Source of the DNA: an uncultured Methanosarcinales archaeon
GTDB taxonomy: Archaea > Nanobdellota > Nanobdellia > Woesearchaeales > JACPIF01
NCBI GenBank assembly: GCA_964602245.1
Contig: CAZRPY010000002.1
Span: 49,833 to 113,832 of the forward strand
Length of the DNA stretch: 64,000 nucleotides
Direction: 5' to 3'
Made by a program: the position numbers and the translations under genes. Shown piece by piece: positions 29,682-40,147 of the stretch. The notes under the pieces were generated by a model. It saw nothing but the letters and a program-made list of their open reading frames with translations, did no database searches and was not told the DNA's origin. The stretch's first letter is position 1; each line of letters opens with the position of its first letter.

Positions 29682-30131
29682 TTAATGCTCAATAAGATGT
29701 TGGCCCGTAATTTTATAAAAAATACTATCCCAACCAGAGTGAATTATTCTATTAGGATAATCTATTATCTGTGAAGTTTTATAAAAATTATAAGCTAAAG
29801 CCAAATTAGATAATCCTGCTAAATAACTCATTGTACCCCTAACATATGTTAGCACATGATGAAAGTTAAATATGTTCTTCTCAATTCCTAGTACACTATC
29901 AATAGTATAAGTAAGTCCTAAAAATAAGGCTGCTTGAGCAGTCCATCGTATAGTATCTCTCACTAAAGCTCTTTCAAGACCACCCTCTTTTATATCCTCT
30001 TTTAGTTGTATATTAGTTTCACGAACGTCTGGTTTTCTTAGAACTAGATAAGTACTTAGAATATCTACTAGATTACCTCCTGTTAGAAATACAAAATCAT
30101 AGCCTATATCATTTGCAATAGTAGATATCAT
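29682..30131 (-). CDS. hypothetical membrane protein
   Basis: 149 aa, multiple hydrophobic segments. Confidence 0.3.
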   Translation of the reverse strand: MISTIANDIGYDFVFLTGGNLVDILSTYLVLRKPDVRETNIQLKEDIKEGGLERALVRDTIRWTAQAALFLGLTYTIDSVLGIEKNIFNFHHVLTYVRGTMSYLAGLSNLALAYNFYKTSQIIDYPNRIIHSGWDSIFYKITGQHLIEH

Positions 30132-30173
30132 TCACATAAAAAATTTAGGGAAGTATAAAAAGATTATGACAAT

Positions 30174-32120
30174 CTACTTTCTCAACTTAATCTCATCCAA
30201 ACATTTCTTCAAAAACTCTTCAGTCTTCATAGTAAAAGTATCTCTAGGATCTTTTTCATCTCTCCATCTAATGGTTAGCATATTGTTGTCAACTTCTTTT
30301 TGACCGATAACTATAACATAATTAACCTTTTCAAGCTCTGCCTCTCTTACTTTATAACTGATAGATTCTGCTCTGTCATCTAATTCTATTCTTACATCTG
30401 CTTGCTCATACTGCTCTTTTATTTTTTGTGCAAACTCCATAAACCTATCTGCAACAGTTAATATTTTAACTTGCACTGGACTTAGCCATAAGGGGAGTTT
30501 TCCTGCATAATGCTCAACTAATATGCCAATAAACCTCTCAATACTCCCTAATAATGCTCTATGAATCATTACAACCCTGTGCTTCTTGCCATCTTGAGCA
30601 ACATAAGTTGCATCAAACCTATCTGGAAGCTGGAAATCTAGCTGTATTGTTGTCAATTGCCAGCTTCTGCCTAATGCATCTTTAATGTGCAAATCTATCT
30701 TTGGACCATAAAATGCACCTTGCCCTGGGCTTATATCATATTTTATTCCTTTACTTTCAAGTGCACTTTTAAGGGCTTCTTCTGCCTTGTTCCATTGTTC
30801 AAGCTTGCCCATGAATTTGTCAGGCCTTGTGCTTAGCTCAATCCTGTACTCAAAATCAAATGTTTCTTTATAGATAAAATTAGTAAAATCTAATACTCTG
30901 AATATTTCTTCTTCTAACTGTTCTGGTGCAACAAAGATATGTGCATCATCCTGAGACATTTTCCTTACTCTGGTTAAGCCTGCTAGGACTCCAGATAGCT
31001 CATTTCTGTGTAAAGAGGCGAAATCTGCAATTCTTAGAGGCAATTCCTTATAGCTCCTTGACTTTGATTTATAGATAAGAATATGAGAAGGACAATTCAT
31101 TGGCTTTAGTGCATAATCTTTACCTTCTACCTTTAAAGTAAACATATTCTCTCTAAAATGCTCCCAATGTCCTGAGGTTATCCATAAGGATTTATCGTAA
31201 AGCAAAGGTGTGATAACTTCTTGATAACCTCTTTTTTTATACTCATTTCTGATGAAATTAACAAGTTCATTATAGATAATTGTGCCTTTTGGATAAAAGA
31301 AAGGTGCTCCTGGAGATTCTTCAAAGAAATTAAACCAGTCAAGCTCTTTTCCAATCTTCCTGTGGTCTCTCTTCTCTGCCTCTTCAAGCATTTTTAGATA
31401 ATTATCTAACATTTCCTGGCTGGGGAATGAAATGCCATAGATTCTTTGCAATTGTTTATTCCTTATGTTTCCGCGCCAGTAAGCTCCAGCTATTTTTGTC
31501 AGCTTGAAAGCCTTGATTAATCCTGTAGAAGGTATATGAGGACCTTTGCATAAGTCAATAAAATTGCCTTGCTGATATGCAGAAATCTCGCCTTCTTTCA
31601 TCTCGTCTATTAGCTCTAGCTTATATTCATTTGTGCCAAACAGTTTCATAGCCTCCTTTTTAGTAAGCTCTAGACGCTCTACTTTGTAATCCTTTAGGAC
31701 TATTTCTCGCATCTTTCTTTCAATATTTTCCAAATCTTCAGGTGTAAAAGGCTTATCAATGTCTATATCGTAATAGAAACCCTCTTCAACCGCAGGTCCA
31801 ATAGTTAGTTTTGCGTCTGGAAATAGTTCCAGGACTGCCTGTGCCAGAAGATGAGATGTGCTGTGCCTGAAGACACTTTCTCCTTCCTTATCTTTAAATG
31901 TCAGGATTCTTAGCTTGCCACCTCTTTTAAGAGGAACAAATAAGTCTATAAGCTTATCATCTAGTTTAGCCACAAGTGCTTTATCTTTGAATTGTTTTAA
32001 ATCTGTGTCTATGATGTATTCTACTGAAATTCCAGCTGGGTATTCTTTTGTAGAGCTGTCTGGGAATTGTATTTTTATCTTATCACTACTTGTATCCTTT
32101 GCTTTTGGTTTCTTTGCCAT
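30174..32120 (-). CDS. thrS: threonyl-tRNA synthetase (bacterial-type with TGS and N2 domains)
   Basis: FRHSTSHLLAQAV...GPAVEEGFYYDID (N2 domain), DHRKIGKELDWF, class II aaRS motifs, C-terminal anticodon-binding domain. Confidence 0.9.
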   Translation of the reverse strand: MAKKPKAKDTSSDKIKIQFPDSSTKEYPAGISVEYIIDTDLKQFKDKALVAKLDDKLIDLFVPLKRGGKLRILTFKDKEGESVFRHSTSHLLAQAVLELFPDAKLTIGPAVEEGFYYDIDIDKPFTPEDLENIERKMREIVLKDYKVERLELTKKEAMKLFGTNEYKLELIDEMKEGEISAYQQGNFIDLCKGPHIPSTGLIKAFKLTKIAGAYWRGNIRNKQLQRIYGISFPSQEMLDNYLKMLEEAEKRDHRKIGKELDWFNFFEESPGAPFFYPKGTIIYNELVNFIRNEYKKRGYQEVITPLLYDKSLWITSGHWEHFRENMFTLKVEGKDYALKPMNCPSHILIYKSKSRSYKELPLRIADFASLHRNELSGVLAGLTRVRKMSQDDAHIFVAPEQLEEEIFRVLDFTNFIYKETFDFEYRIELSTRPDKFMGKLEQWNKAEEALKSALESKGIKYDISPGQGAFYGPKIDLHIKDALGRSWQLTTIQLDFQLPDRFDATYVAQDGKKHRVVMIHRALLGSIERFIGILVEHYAGKLPLWLSPVQVKILTVADRFMEFAQKIKEQYEQADVRIELDDRAESISYKVREAELEKVNYVIVIGQKEVDNNMLTIRWRDEKDPRDTFTMKTEEFLKKCLDEIKLRK

Positions 32121-32180
32121 ATTGAGAGCTTATTTTATAGTTTTCTTATATAATTTGTGGTTTATTGCTTTTCATTAATA

Positions 32181-32468
32181 TCATTCACTGCCTATTAAAT
32201 ATAATTCTTTTATTTCATCATCAAATAAGTATCCTGAACTATATGTATGAACTACTAAATCTCTTTCCACCCTATTTGAATCGGTTCTTTGCACTAACTT
32301 CTCTAACTGGCCACAATGCACTTGATTATCTTTATCCTTAACTATTACTATTTGAGGTTTACCAAAACCTAGTATTCTTTCTATATGAATTTCAAACATT
32401 CGTAAAAGTTCTAAATGGTCTAGATAAACCTTGACTAACTTGAGTTCTGACATTTTAAATACCTCCAT
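32181..32468 (-). CDS. hypothetical protein
   Basis: 95-aa ORF. Confidence 0.3.
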   Translation of the reverse strand: MEVFKMSELKLVKVYLDHLELLRMFEIHIERILGFGKPQIVIVKDKDNQVHCGQLEKLVQRTDSNRVERDLVVHTYSSGYLFDDEIKELYLIGSE

Positions 32469-32918
32469 TAATCTTACATTTAATTTGCAAAGATTTCAAA
32501 AGAATCAAATTTCTTAACAAGACTTTAGAACCAAAACATCCTATAGGTTTACAAGACCCAGAACGAGTTGATGTCTAAAACCTTTTGGGCATTAAGAAAC
32601 AATGGAACAGCTTTTAGGCTGTTACTGTAGTTGTAGAAGTAGTCATATTGAAAATTCCATATACTGCAAAAACTTTATTTTTATTATTCATCCAATATAG
32701 AAAAGATAACTTATATTTAAAATTTGCTATGGGCATGGTTAAAATAGATTTATCTGTCATATAGCAATTTTAACTTTAATTTCATATTTAAGCTCTTATA
32801 GAATTAGTTAATAAAGCTTTTCTTATGAAATGGCTATTATGCTCCAGAACGAAACGAAGTGGAGTGAGAATGCAATGGGGGGTTCGAGCCGAAGGCGAGA
32901 AAGTCCGCCGTAACCCAC

Positions 32919-33623
32919 CTATAATTCAATTTCAGATTGATTTTCATCAAGAATTTTATAAGTTATATCTCCACCACAAAATTTTTGAACTAAATCTTTC
33001 AATTCTTTTGTAGCGTCTTCAATTTCTTGTTTTGTTACAGGAAGAAGTCCCTCTATAACAAGAAAACAATTCTTTGTTTCTTCTGTAAACTTTGTCCTGT
33101 CAGCCTCACGCCAATTCCATCTTCTGCAAATTGCAGAAATATTATCCTTGTAAATAACTTCTCCTGCGTGAGGCGGTCTTGGTTCTTTATCTCCAAGGAG
33201 CAAAACCGCTGGTTCGTTTGGTTCTGCAAAGGTTAAAACAACATCTCCCTGTATTTTATCTACATCTTCGCCACCAACAGGAACCATGTGTTTAAGGGAG
33301 ATGAAATTGTAAATATCAACCAATTTATTGATATGTCTCAAATTTACTCCTTGTAGAACCAATCTATAAAGATTTTCAACAGAGGATTTGTTTTCTTTCG
33401 GTTTTGCTCCGAAAGCAGAATAGGTTTTTCTCCAAACATCTATTTTTGGAGTTTGGGACAAAGTTTCAGTATTATATTTTGCTCTGATATTGTTTTCTTG
33501 TTCTCTGATTTCTTTTTGGACTTCTTCCTGTGTTCCGGAATTGTCCAGATTTTTACAAATTACAACTCCGATTGTTGAACCGGGAAACTTCTCAAAAATT
33601 TTGTGGTCAATTTTAAATTTCAT
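32919..33623 (-). CDS. B3/4 domain protein (PheT-editing-domain-like, tRNA-binding)
   Basis: DVWRKTYSAFGAKPKE...NLYRLVLQG...VDIYNFISLKHMVPVGGEDVDKI pattern typical of B3/4 domain proteins. Confidence 0.6.
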   Translation of the reverse strand: MKFKIDHKIFEKFPGSTIGVVICKNLDNSGTQEEVQKEIREQENNIRAKYNTETLSQTPKIDVWRKTYSAFGAKPKENKSSVENLYRLVLQGVNLRHINKLVDIYNFISLKHMVPVGGEDVDKIQGDVVLTFAEPNEPAVLLLGDKEPRPPHAGEVIYKDNISAICRRWNWREADRTKFTEETKNCFLVIEGLLPVTKQEIEDATKELKDLVQKFCGGDITYKILDENQSEIEL

Positions 33624-33767
33624 GATGTTATATTATTGAGTAAGATTATAAACATTTTGCTCTTGGCGGGCGGAGGCGGATTGCATATAACCCTTGTTAT
33701 ACATACTGAACCATTGATGGTTTGCGGAGTTTTTTCTTCCAGAAAACTTATGAGTTCTGAGCTTTAC

Positions 33768-34121
33768 TTATTTTCTTCTGTAACCTAATTTTTTATTATA
33801 GGTTTTGTGGTCTATTACATCAAGAATAAAAGCAATAATTTCTATTTCAGTTTCTCCGTCTGTCAGCGTATAGAGCATGCGCCAAAATTGCGGAAGTTCA
33901 ACCCTAAAAAGATTTGTAACTCCATATTTTGATTTGTATTCATCTGGAATCAGTTTTTTTGCTATTGGATTTCCATAATGCATGTTCAATTTAATAAGCT
34001 CAATTTTCTTATTAACAGCATTAAGAATCATGCTTTCAGTCTTTGAATGCGGAGATTGCTCATTAAGATATTTGTAAACTTCTTCTGCCTCTTGGGAAAA
34101 AATTACTCTTACTTTTTTCAT
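33768..34121 (-). CDS. RelE/ParE-family toxin-like protein
   Basis: LFRVELPQFWRMLYTL...IEIIAFILDVIDHKTY resembles RelE/ParE/YoeB core; 4-nt overlap with upstream gene. Confidence 0.55.
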   Translation of the reverse strand: MKKVRVIFSQEAEEVYKYLNEQSPHSKTESMILNAVNKKIELIKLNMHYGNPIAKKLIPDEYKSKYGVTNLFRVELPQFWRMLYTLTDGETEIEIIAFILDVIDHKTYNKKLGYRRK

Positions 34122-34396
34122 AATTCGAGACCTTTTCTTATTGCTCGTCTCAAATTCGGATTTGTATTATGAATCCATGTAATTCCTTTGAGGCTTACTG
34201 CAATTTTATTACTTCTTTCCAAATATTCAAGAATTACCTTGAGAACATTATGGTTAACCTGTTTAGGCAATCTTCGCTTAAGATCGGCAACAGTTATTAT
34301 GCTTCCCTCCATAGTTTTTAGGACATCTTCTACCATTAACACAGTGTTCAAAGTAGGTGAATGCTCTGGCTTTTGTTCTTGTATTATTTGTGACAT
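34118..34396 (-). CDS. putative cognate antitoxin / small DNA-binding protein
   Basis: 92-aa ORF translationally coupled upstream of RelE-like gene. Confidence 0.4.
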   Translation of the reverse strand: MSQIIQEQKPEHSPTLNTVLMVEDVLKTMEGSIITVADLKRRLPKQVNHNVLKVILEYLERSNKIAVSLKGITWIHNTNPNLRRAIRKGLEL

Positions 34397-34588
34397 TTTA
34401 ATAACTAATAATTATTAGTTAATAACTAATAGATACTAACTTATATATAAATGTTTCTATAGAAAATAAGTAAAGCACATATAATCTATAGAAATTATGC
34501 GTAAGAACTAAGGCTAAGTTTTAGGTTTAAAGTTTTAAAGAAAGGTTGGCTTAATAATCACAACAGATGCTAATGTGAAAATAAAAAA

Positions 34589-35083
34589 TTATTTTTCCAT
34601 TAATTCTCTTAAAGTACGCAATTTACCTTGACCAGGAATAGATATCCTAACTTGAACTCGATGGGCTGGTGTTTTACCAGAACTTTCTACTAAATTTAAA
34701 TACGCTTGAAGAGGATAATTATTGACTTCTACATCACCACCATATCTTCTTACGACTCGTTGGACTGCTTGTACTACTTTAACCCATCTTTGATAACATG
34801 CTTTATCATATGCTTTGGACCTTTCAGGATCGGCTAGTAATGCCTGAAATTCTGCTTGATTACTTGGGCGCGGACTTCCCTTTGGAGCGAAACGGTAAAA
34901 ATAAATTTCAGCAGTATCCCCTCCAAATCCATTTCTGCCTAGAATGGCTTCAGCATAATCTCCTGAGCCTGCTTTTTTCAAGTCTAGAACTTCTCTAGCC
35001 GCTGCATATATAGTATTTTCTAGACCTATTATCATAGATGCAGTTCCCTGTTTTATTTGAGCTAATTCTCTATCCATATTCAA
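34589..35083 (-). CDS. hypothetical protein (GC-richer than surroundings)
   Basis: 164-aa ORF, no recognisable motif; compositionally distinct. Confidence 0.35.
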   Translation of the reverse strand: MNMDRELAQIKQGTASMIIGLENTIYAAAREVLDLKKAGSGDYAEAILGRNGFGGDTAEIYFYRFAPKGSPRPSNQAEFQALLADPERSKAYDKACYQRWVKVVQAVQRVVRRYGGDVEVNNYPLQAYLNLVESSGKTPAHRVQVRISIPGQGKLRTLRELMEK

Positions 35084-35369
35084 ATCTAGAATATAATAGA
35101 GTATTTAAATCTTTGTATTTTTACTACTTGTAAAGCATAACATTATAACTTAAACGCCAAACCCTTCTTACTTTAAACCCTTCAGTTTCTCGAAGATAAC
35201 TTTCAGCAAAAATTCCAACAACTTGGCAAGATGGGGGTTGTCCCTTGTTGAATGCAATATGATAGAAACCTTTATATACCTAAATATTAAAAGTAATAGA
35301 ATTAATAATAGAAGTATTAATAATAGAACTAATAGAATTAGTAATATAGAAATATAATGACATAAAATA

Positions 35370-35579
35370 ATGGCAGAAAAGGAAGTGCCTAAGTTTGTAG
35401 GGAAGGCTAAGCTTACAAAGCAGGGCCAAGTTACTTTGCCTCTTGAAGGCAGGAAAGAGTTAGATATAGCTCCTGAATCTGAGGTTTATTGGTATAGGTT
35501 AAATAATTGCCTAGTTGTTGTTAAAGATATTATAAATCCAAAGGAGTTGGTTAATTATCTGTTTAAAAAGAAGAAATAG
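35370..35579 (+). CDS. SpoVT/AbrB-type DNA-binding protein
   Basis: KLTKQGQVTLPLEGRKELDI swapped-hairpin signature; preceded by aatagaaNtaat tandem repeats. Confidence 0.55.
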   Translation: MAEKEVPKFVGKAKLTKQGQVTLPLEGRKELDIAPESEVYWYRLNNCLVVVKDIINPKELVNYLFKKKK

Positions 35580-35637
35580 GATATGATTAATAATAAAATA
35601 AGAATTAACGTTAAGCAAGTTAAAAATACTGATAAAA

Positions 35638-35750
35638 TAATTAGCATCAACGACGCCATCTACGATGGCTGTGCGAGTAGTCCACCTATCAGGGCTGTAA
35701 CAACTCATGTTGCGGACAGATATAGCAAGGTGCGAAGAAAGTGCAAAGTA
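35638..35750 (+). repeat. degenerate copy C of the TTGCAT..GCAAAT element
   Basis: ttagcatcaacgacgccatctacgatggctgtgcgagtagtccacc...gttgcggacagatatagcaaggtgcgaagaaagtgcaaag; overlaps a probably spurious 61-aa ORF. Confidence 0.5.
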
Positions 35751-35804
35751 AGAAAAATTAAAAAGTAAGATAAAAGGTGCAAATTAAGTCAATAAAAAGA
35801 AAAT

Positions 35805-35867
35805 AAACAAAAGTGAGAGTAATAAAAAAGATAAATAAAACCAAAGATATAATTTGAACTAAATAAT
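35805..35867 (+). repeat. 63-nt direct repeat (copy 1) upstream of VWA gene
   Basis: aacaaaagtgagagtaataaaaaagataaataaaaccaaagatataatttgaactaaataata; 62/63 identical to 41809..41871. Confidence 0.7.
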
Positions 35868-35901
35868 AACTAAAAAATAATCATGCTATAAAAGAGGTAA
35901 A

Positions 35902-37686
35902 ATGGCTTTATTATATGGGATATTGAATAATCTTGGATTGTATGCCTTTTTAGCATTAGTTCCTTTTATAATTATCTACCTAAGAAAGCCAAGGCCTGTT
36001 GAAAAGGTGTTTCCTTCTCTGCTCTTTTTAATGGAAGAGCTTAAAAGTCAAAGAAATTATTTTTTACTAGAGAAACTTATCAGGAATTTACTGTTTTTTA
36101 TGCAACTCATCACTATACTACTCTTATCTTTGGTATCTGCTGAACCTTATCTTGTATTGCCAAGAGAAGACACAAATGCAAATACAGTCTTAGTAATAGA
36201 TGGCTCTGCAAGTATGAAAACTAAAGTTCCTGGAACAACCTCCACTAGATTTGACTTGGCTCTTGATGAGGCAAAAAATCATTTAGAAGGAAGAATTACA
36301 ATAATATTAGCTGCTAATATTCCATCAATTGAGCTTGATAAAGGCAATAAAGGAGAGGCTCTAAATGTATTAAAGGCTCTTAAAGCTAAGGATACACCTT
36401 CTAACATTGAAGGAGGCATGAGCCTTGCACAGGCAGTGCTTGGCAATGAAAAGGCTAACATATATGTCATAAGTGATTTTATAACCACAGATGAAGAAGA
36501 TCAGCCTTTGCAGACTAAGAGGATATTAAGTGCTAATGGCAATAGCATCAGATTTATACAATTAGGTGGAAAGGCAAAGAACATAGGTATAATAGATTTG
36601 CAGATAAATAAATTGACTGCTAAGGTTTCTGTAAAGAACTACAATAAAGAAAAGGAAGATGTAATTGTATCTCTTGTGCAGAGCAAAAAGGCTGTTGCTC
36701 AGAAGCAAATAAGCATACTGCCAAATTCAATTGAAATAGCTGAATTCCAGATAGTGCCAGGCATAAGCACTATAGAGTTATCTGGCAAAGATGATTTTGA
36801 GCTTGACAATAGGGTATATATCAGCTCTCCTGAAAGATTAAAGGTTAAGGTCCTACTGATTACAAATGCAAAGAACAGCCCAATAGAGAGCGCACTAGCT
36901 GCTTCTGACGAGATTGAGCTTGAGGTTAGAGAGCCGCCAATAGTTAACCCTGACAGGGTTGATCATGATGTTATTGTAGTAAGCAATATAGATAAATCAC
37001 TTTATGTGCCAGCAGATTTCATTACAATTGCGAGTTATGTGGCAAAGGGGCATTCTATTGTTATTGCTGCCCAGGAGAACTTAAAAGATTTAAAACTAGG
37101 CAATTTGTTGCCAGTACAGCTTGAGGAACTTAAAGGCTCTTCTAGTATACAGCTTAAGATAGTTAATTCTTATACAAAGGATGTTGAGCTAGGAAGAGTA
37201 AATAAGTATTGGAAAGCCTCTGCAAGCAATACAACATTAGCAATTGCTGTGGCACAGGATAGTAGTCCTCTTGTTTTATATTCAATTAAAGAAAAGGGGA
37301 AGGTACTTTATTATGGAATTATAGACTCACAGAGTGATTTTCCCACATCTGTATCATACCCAATATTCTGGAATAACTTGATTAAAGATCTTGTTGAAAG
37401 AGAGGATATAAATGACTACAATAAGAAGACTATTGATAATGAGTATGTGAAATATGGTGAAATTGGAGTTTATGACATTCTAAATAAGAAAGTTGCTTTA
37501 AACCTTATTAATGACGCTGAATCAAACATTGCTAACGAGGAGAAATTAAAGGAGATAGAGGATAAGCTTGTGGTTGAGAAAGGCAGTAAAGAGGGGAATG
37601 TGACTATTACTAATTACTTGCTGATGGCTGCCTTACTAATAATGTTCCTTGAAATATTTTATATCAAAAAGAGAGGAGACATATGA
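35902..37686 (+). CDS. BatA-like membrane protein with von Willebrand factor A domain
   Basis: N-terminal two TM helices (aerotolerance-regulator N-terminal style), VLVIDGSASM MIDAS motif, C-terminal TM helix. Confidence 0.7.
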   Translation: MALLYGILNNLGLYAFLALVPFIIIYLRKPRPVEKVFPSLLFLMEELKSQRNYFLLEKLIRNLLFFMQLITILLLSLVSAEPYLVLPREDTNANTVLVIDGSASMKTKVPGTTSTRFDLALDEAKNHLEGRITIILAANIPSIELDKGNKGEALNVLKALKAKDTPSNIEGGMSLAQAVLGNEKANIYVISDFITTDEEDQPLQTKRILSANGNSIRFIQLGGKAKNIGIIDLQINKLTAKVSVKNYNKEKEDVIVSLVQSKKAVAQKQISILPNSIEIAEFQIVPGISTIELSGKDDFELDNRVYISSPERLKVKVLLITNAKNSPIESALAASDEIELEVREPPIVNPDRVDHDVIVVSNIDKSLYVPADFITIASYVAKGHSIVIAAQENLKDLKLGNLLPVQLEELKGSSSIQLKIVNSYTKDVELGRVNKYWKASASNTTLAIAVAQDSSPLVLYSIKEKGKVLYYGIIDSQSDFPTSVSYPIFWNNLIKDLVEREDINDYNKKTIDNEYVKYGEIGVYDILNKKVALNLINDAESNIANEEKLKEIEDKLVVEKGSKEGNVTITNYLLMAALLIMFLEIFYIKKRGDI

Positions 37687-40088
37687 CAACATATTATTTC
37701 CAGTATCCAATAGTATTTATTATTTATTTAGGCATAGTAGCATTATTTCTATTATTAGTTGCACACGATTTTGTAAAATTCAAGACAAAAGAAGAGCAAA
37801 AATCTTATAGGCAATCAAAGAAGAAATTAAAGGTTTACATAACTGTATCAAGAATTATGATATTCTTGCTGGTTGCTGGAGCAATTGCAAGCCCTTACAC
37901 ATTTAACAGGATAACTATTCCTGGAAATCCATCACTTACTATACTTGAGGATAAATCACATTCATTTGATATCTTTGAGCAAGGAGTTGGGGAAAAACTG
38001 CAGCTAGAGCTTGAAAAGAAATTTCCAGTTACAAGAAGAACTCTTGTTGAAGGCAATAGCTCAGACATAGGCAATGCAATACTTAACAATATGCAAGGGA
38101 ATGATAACCTTCTTTTGATCACTGATGGAAATAGTAATGAAGGCAAGGATTTGAGTGATATGATGTATTTTGCAGTTTCTATAAACACAACTATAAGTGT
38201 TCTGGACTTGCAGCCTGTAAAAAATGATCTTGTAGTATCAGTCTCTGGGCCAAATGAAGCTATTGTAGGAACTGAAAGTACATTTTATATTGATGTAAAG
38301 TATGCTGGACAGTCATTAGCTTATAATCTGATTGTAAAGCTTGATGGAGCTTTAGAGATTGAAACTTTTGGAAGGGGAGAATATAGCCATACTATCAAGA
38401 AGAGGTTGTCTGAAGGCTATCATAGGATTGAGGCAGAAATAAAGGCTGATGATTATTTTAAGCAGAATAATGAGTTCTATAAAACTATAAGGGTTATGCC
38501 AAAGCCGAAATTATTATTGGTTTCAAGTGAGGAGTCAAAGTTTGAGTCTGCTATTAATAATATATATGATGTGAACAAGGTAAGCTCACTGCCAGGGGAT
38601 TTATTTCAGTATCATGCAGTAATCATTGACAATGTAGCTGCGGATGAGTTAAATGTGCATACTGACAGGTTTATAGATTATGTTAGCGAGGGAAATGGGC
38701 TTCTGTTGCTTGGTGGCGAGTCTTCTTTTGACAAAGGTGGCTATAAGAATTCTGTAATAGAAACTTTACTGCCTGTGCAGGTTGGTAAGCCAGAAACACA
38801 AAAAGCAACAAGTAATGTCAATATAGTACTAGTAGTGGATATATCTGGCAGTACAACATTTAATGTCAGCTCAGGTAGTAGCCTGACTAGAGGTGATGTG
38901 CAAAAACAGTTTGCTGTTGAGGTGCTTAAAAGCCTTAGAATTGATGATAATGTTGCAGTAGTTGCATTTGGAGCTCCAGGAGGTAAGCCTTATCTTGTTT
39001 CTAGGCTAAGTCCTTTGAGAGATAAGCCTGAGCTTCCTTTCAAGATTAGAAGCCTTCAAGGGGGAGGTAACTCTTATATGGATGTTGGCTTATGGGGAGC
39101 AGATCAAGTATTGAGTAATGTTTCTGGGGTTAGGCATATAATTTTTATATCTGATGGAGAAGGCTCAGGAGGCAGGACGCATGACGAGAATGCTTTTAAG
39201 TTAGCTGAGTCAATGGCAAAGAAAGGGGTATTTATACATACAATAGCAGTTGGCAAAAGCCCGATTGGACTGCCTTTCTTAAGGAAAATTGCACTTATTG
39301 GAAATGGACAGCCAATGACACCAGACACTTTCCAGACATTAGTTCTTGTATTTAACAGACCTGAAAAACCACCAAGTGGAATAAGTCAATTAATAATGAG
39401 TGATAAGGAGCATTTCATTACCAAGCCAATTAATATAGATGCAAGGGTAACTGGCTTTAATGAGGTTTATCCAAAGCCAACAGCAAGGATGCTTGTTTCT
39501 ACAGAGCATGGCTATCCTATATTGACAGTTTGGAGGTATGGATTAGGCAGGGTTACTGTAATTTCAACAGATAATGGAGCTAAATGGGCTAGTGAACTGG
39601 AGTCAACAGATAATTATCCACTTATAACTAGGGCTGTTAACTGGGCAATAGGAGATCCTAATAGGAATAAGGATTTTGATGTTAAAGTAAAAGATGTTAA
39701 TCTTGGAAAACAGGCAGAGGTTATAGTAGTTTCAAAGAAGCCTTTCTCATCTGATAAGCTGTCTTTCTATAAGATAGGAGAGAATGTGTACAAGGCAACT
39801 TTTACTCCTAGCTCGACAGGCTTCCAGGAGTTCTTTGGGGCTGTTATGGCTGTGAATTATAATAAGGAATACAGCAAGATGGGCATGAATAAAGAGCTGT
39901 CTTTCCTTTCCACTATTACAGGAGGCAGAGTGTTTAAGCAGACTGACACTAATAAGATTGCTGAGTTTGTCAAAGAGGCTTCAAGAAGGGAGAAAAATGA
40001 AGTGCAATACTTCAGATGGCCTTTACTGGTAGCTGCTTTATTCCTGCTATTGGTTGAAATAGGAGTGAGGAGAGTGTTTGAGAAATGA
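37683..40088 (+). CDS. large membrane-anchored VWA-domain protein (BatB/BatD-like)
   Basis: N-terminal TM, central IVLVVDISGSTTF MIDAS motif, C-terminal TM helix (PLLVAALFLLLV); 4-nt overlap with upstream gene. Confidence 0.7.
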   Translation: MTTYYFQYPIVFIIYLGIVALFLLLVAHDFVKFKTKEEQKSYRQSKKKLKVYITVSRIMIFLLVAGAIASPYTFNRITIPGNPSLTILEDKSHSFDIFEQGVGEKLQLELEKKFPVTRRTLVEGNSSDIGNAILNNMQGNDNLLLITDGNSNEGKDLSDMMYFAVSINTTISVLDLQPVKNDLVVSVSGPNEAIVGTESTFYIDVKYAGQSLAYNLIVKLDGALEIETFGRGEYSHTIKKRLSEGYHRIEAEIKADDYFKQNNEFYKTIRVMPKPKLLLVSSEESKFESAINNIYDVNKVSSLPGDLFQYHAVIIDNVAADELNVHTDRFIDYVSEGNGLLLLGGESSFDKGGYKNSVIETLLPVQVGKPETQKATSNVNIVLVVDISGSTTFNVSSGSSLTRGDVQKQFAVEVLKSLRIDDNVAVVAFGAPGGKPYLVSRLSPLRDKPELPFKIRSLQGGGNSYMDVGLWGADQVLSNVSGVRHIIFISDGEGSGGRTHDENAFKLAESMAKKGVFIHTIAVGKSPIGLPFLRKIALIGNGQPMTPDTFQTLVLVFNRPEKPPSGISQLIMSDKEHFITKPINIDARVTGFNEVYPKPTARMLVSTEHGYPILTVWRYGLGRVTVISTDNGAKWASELESTDNYPLITRAVNWAIGDPNRNKDFDVKVKDVNLGKQAEVIVVSKKPFSSDKLSFYKIGENVYKATFTPSSTGFQEFFGAVMAVNYNKEYSKMGMNKELSFLSTITGGRVFKQTDTNKIAEFVKEASRREKNEVQYFRWPLLVAALFLLLVEIGVRRVFEK

Positions 40089-40147
40089 GCAGAAGAAAGA
40101 TAGAAATCTATATAAGTATAAACCCCTATAAAAGAGGTAGATAGAAA

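Noticed and set aside
35583-35768. 61-aa ORF (+) MINNKIRINV...
   Set aside because: Coincides with repeat-element copy C. Its translation tracks the GC-rich repeat rather than any protein-like pattern, so it is probably spurious
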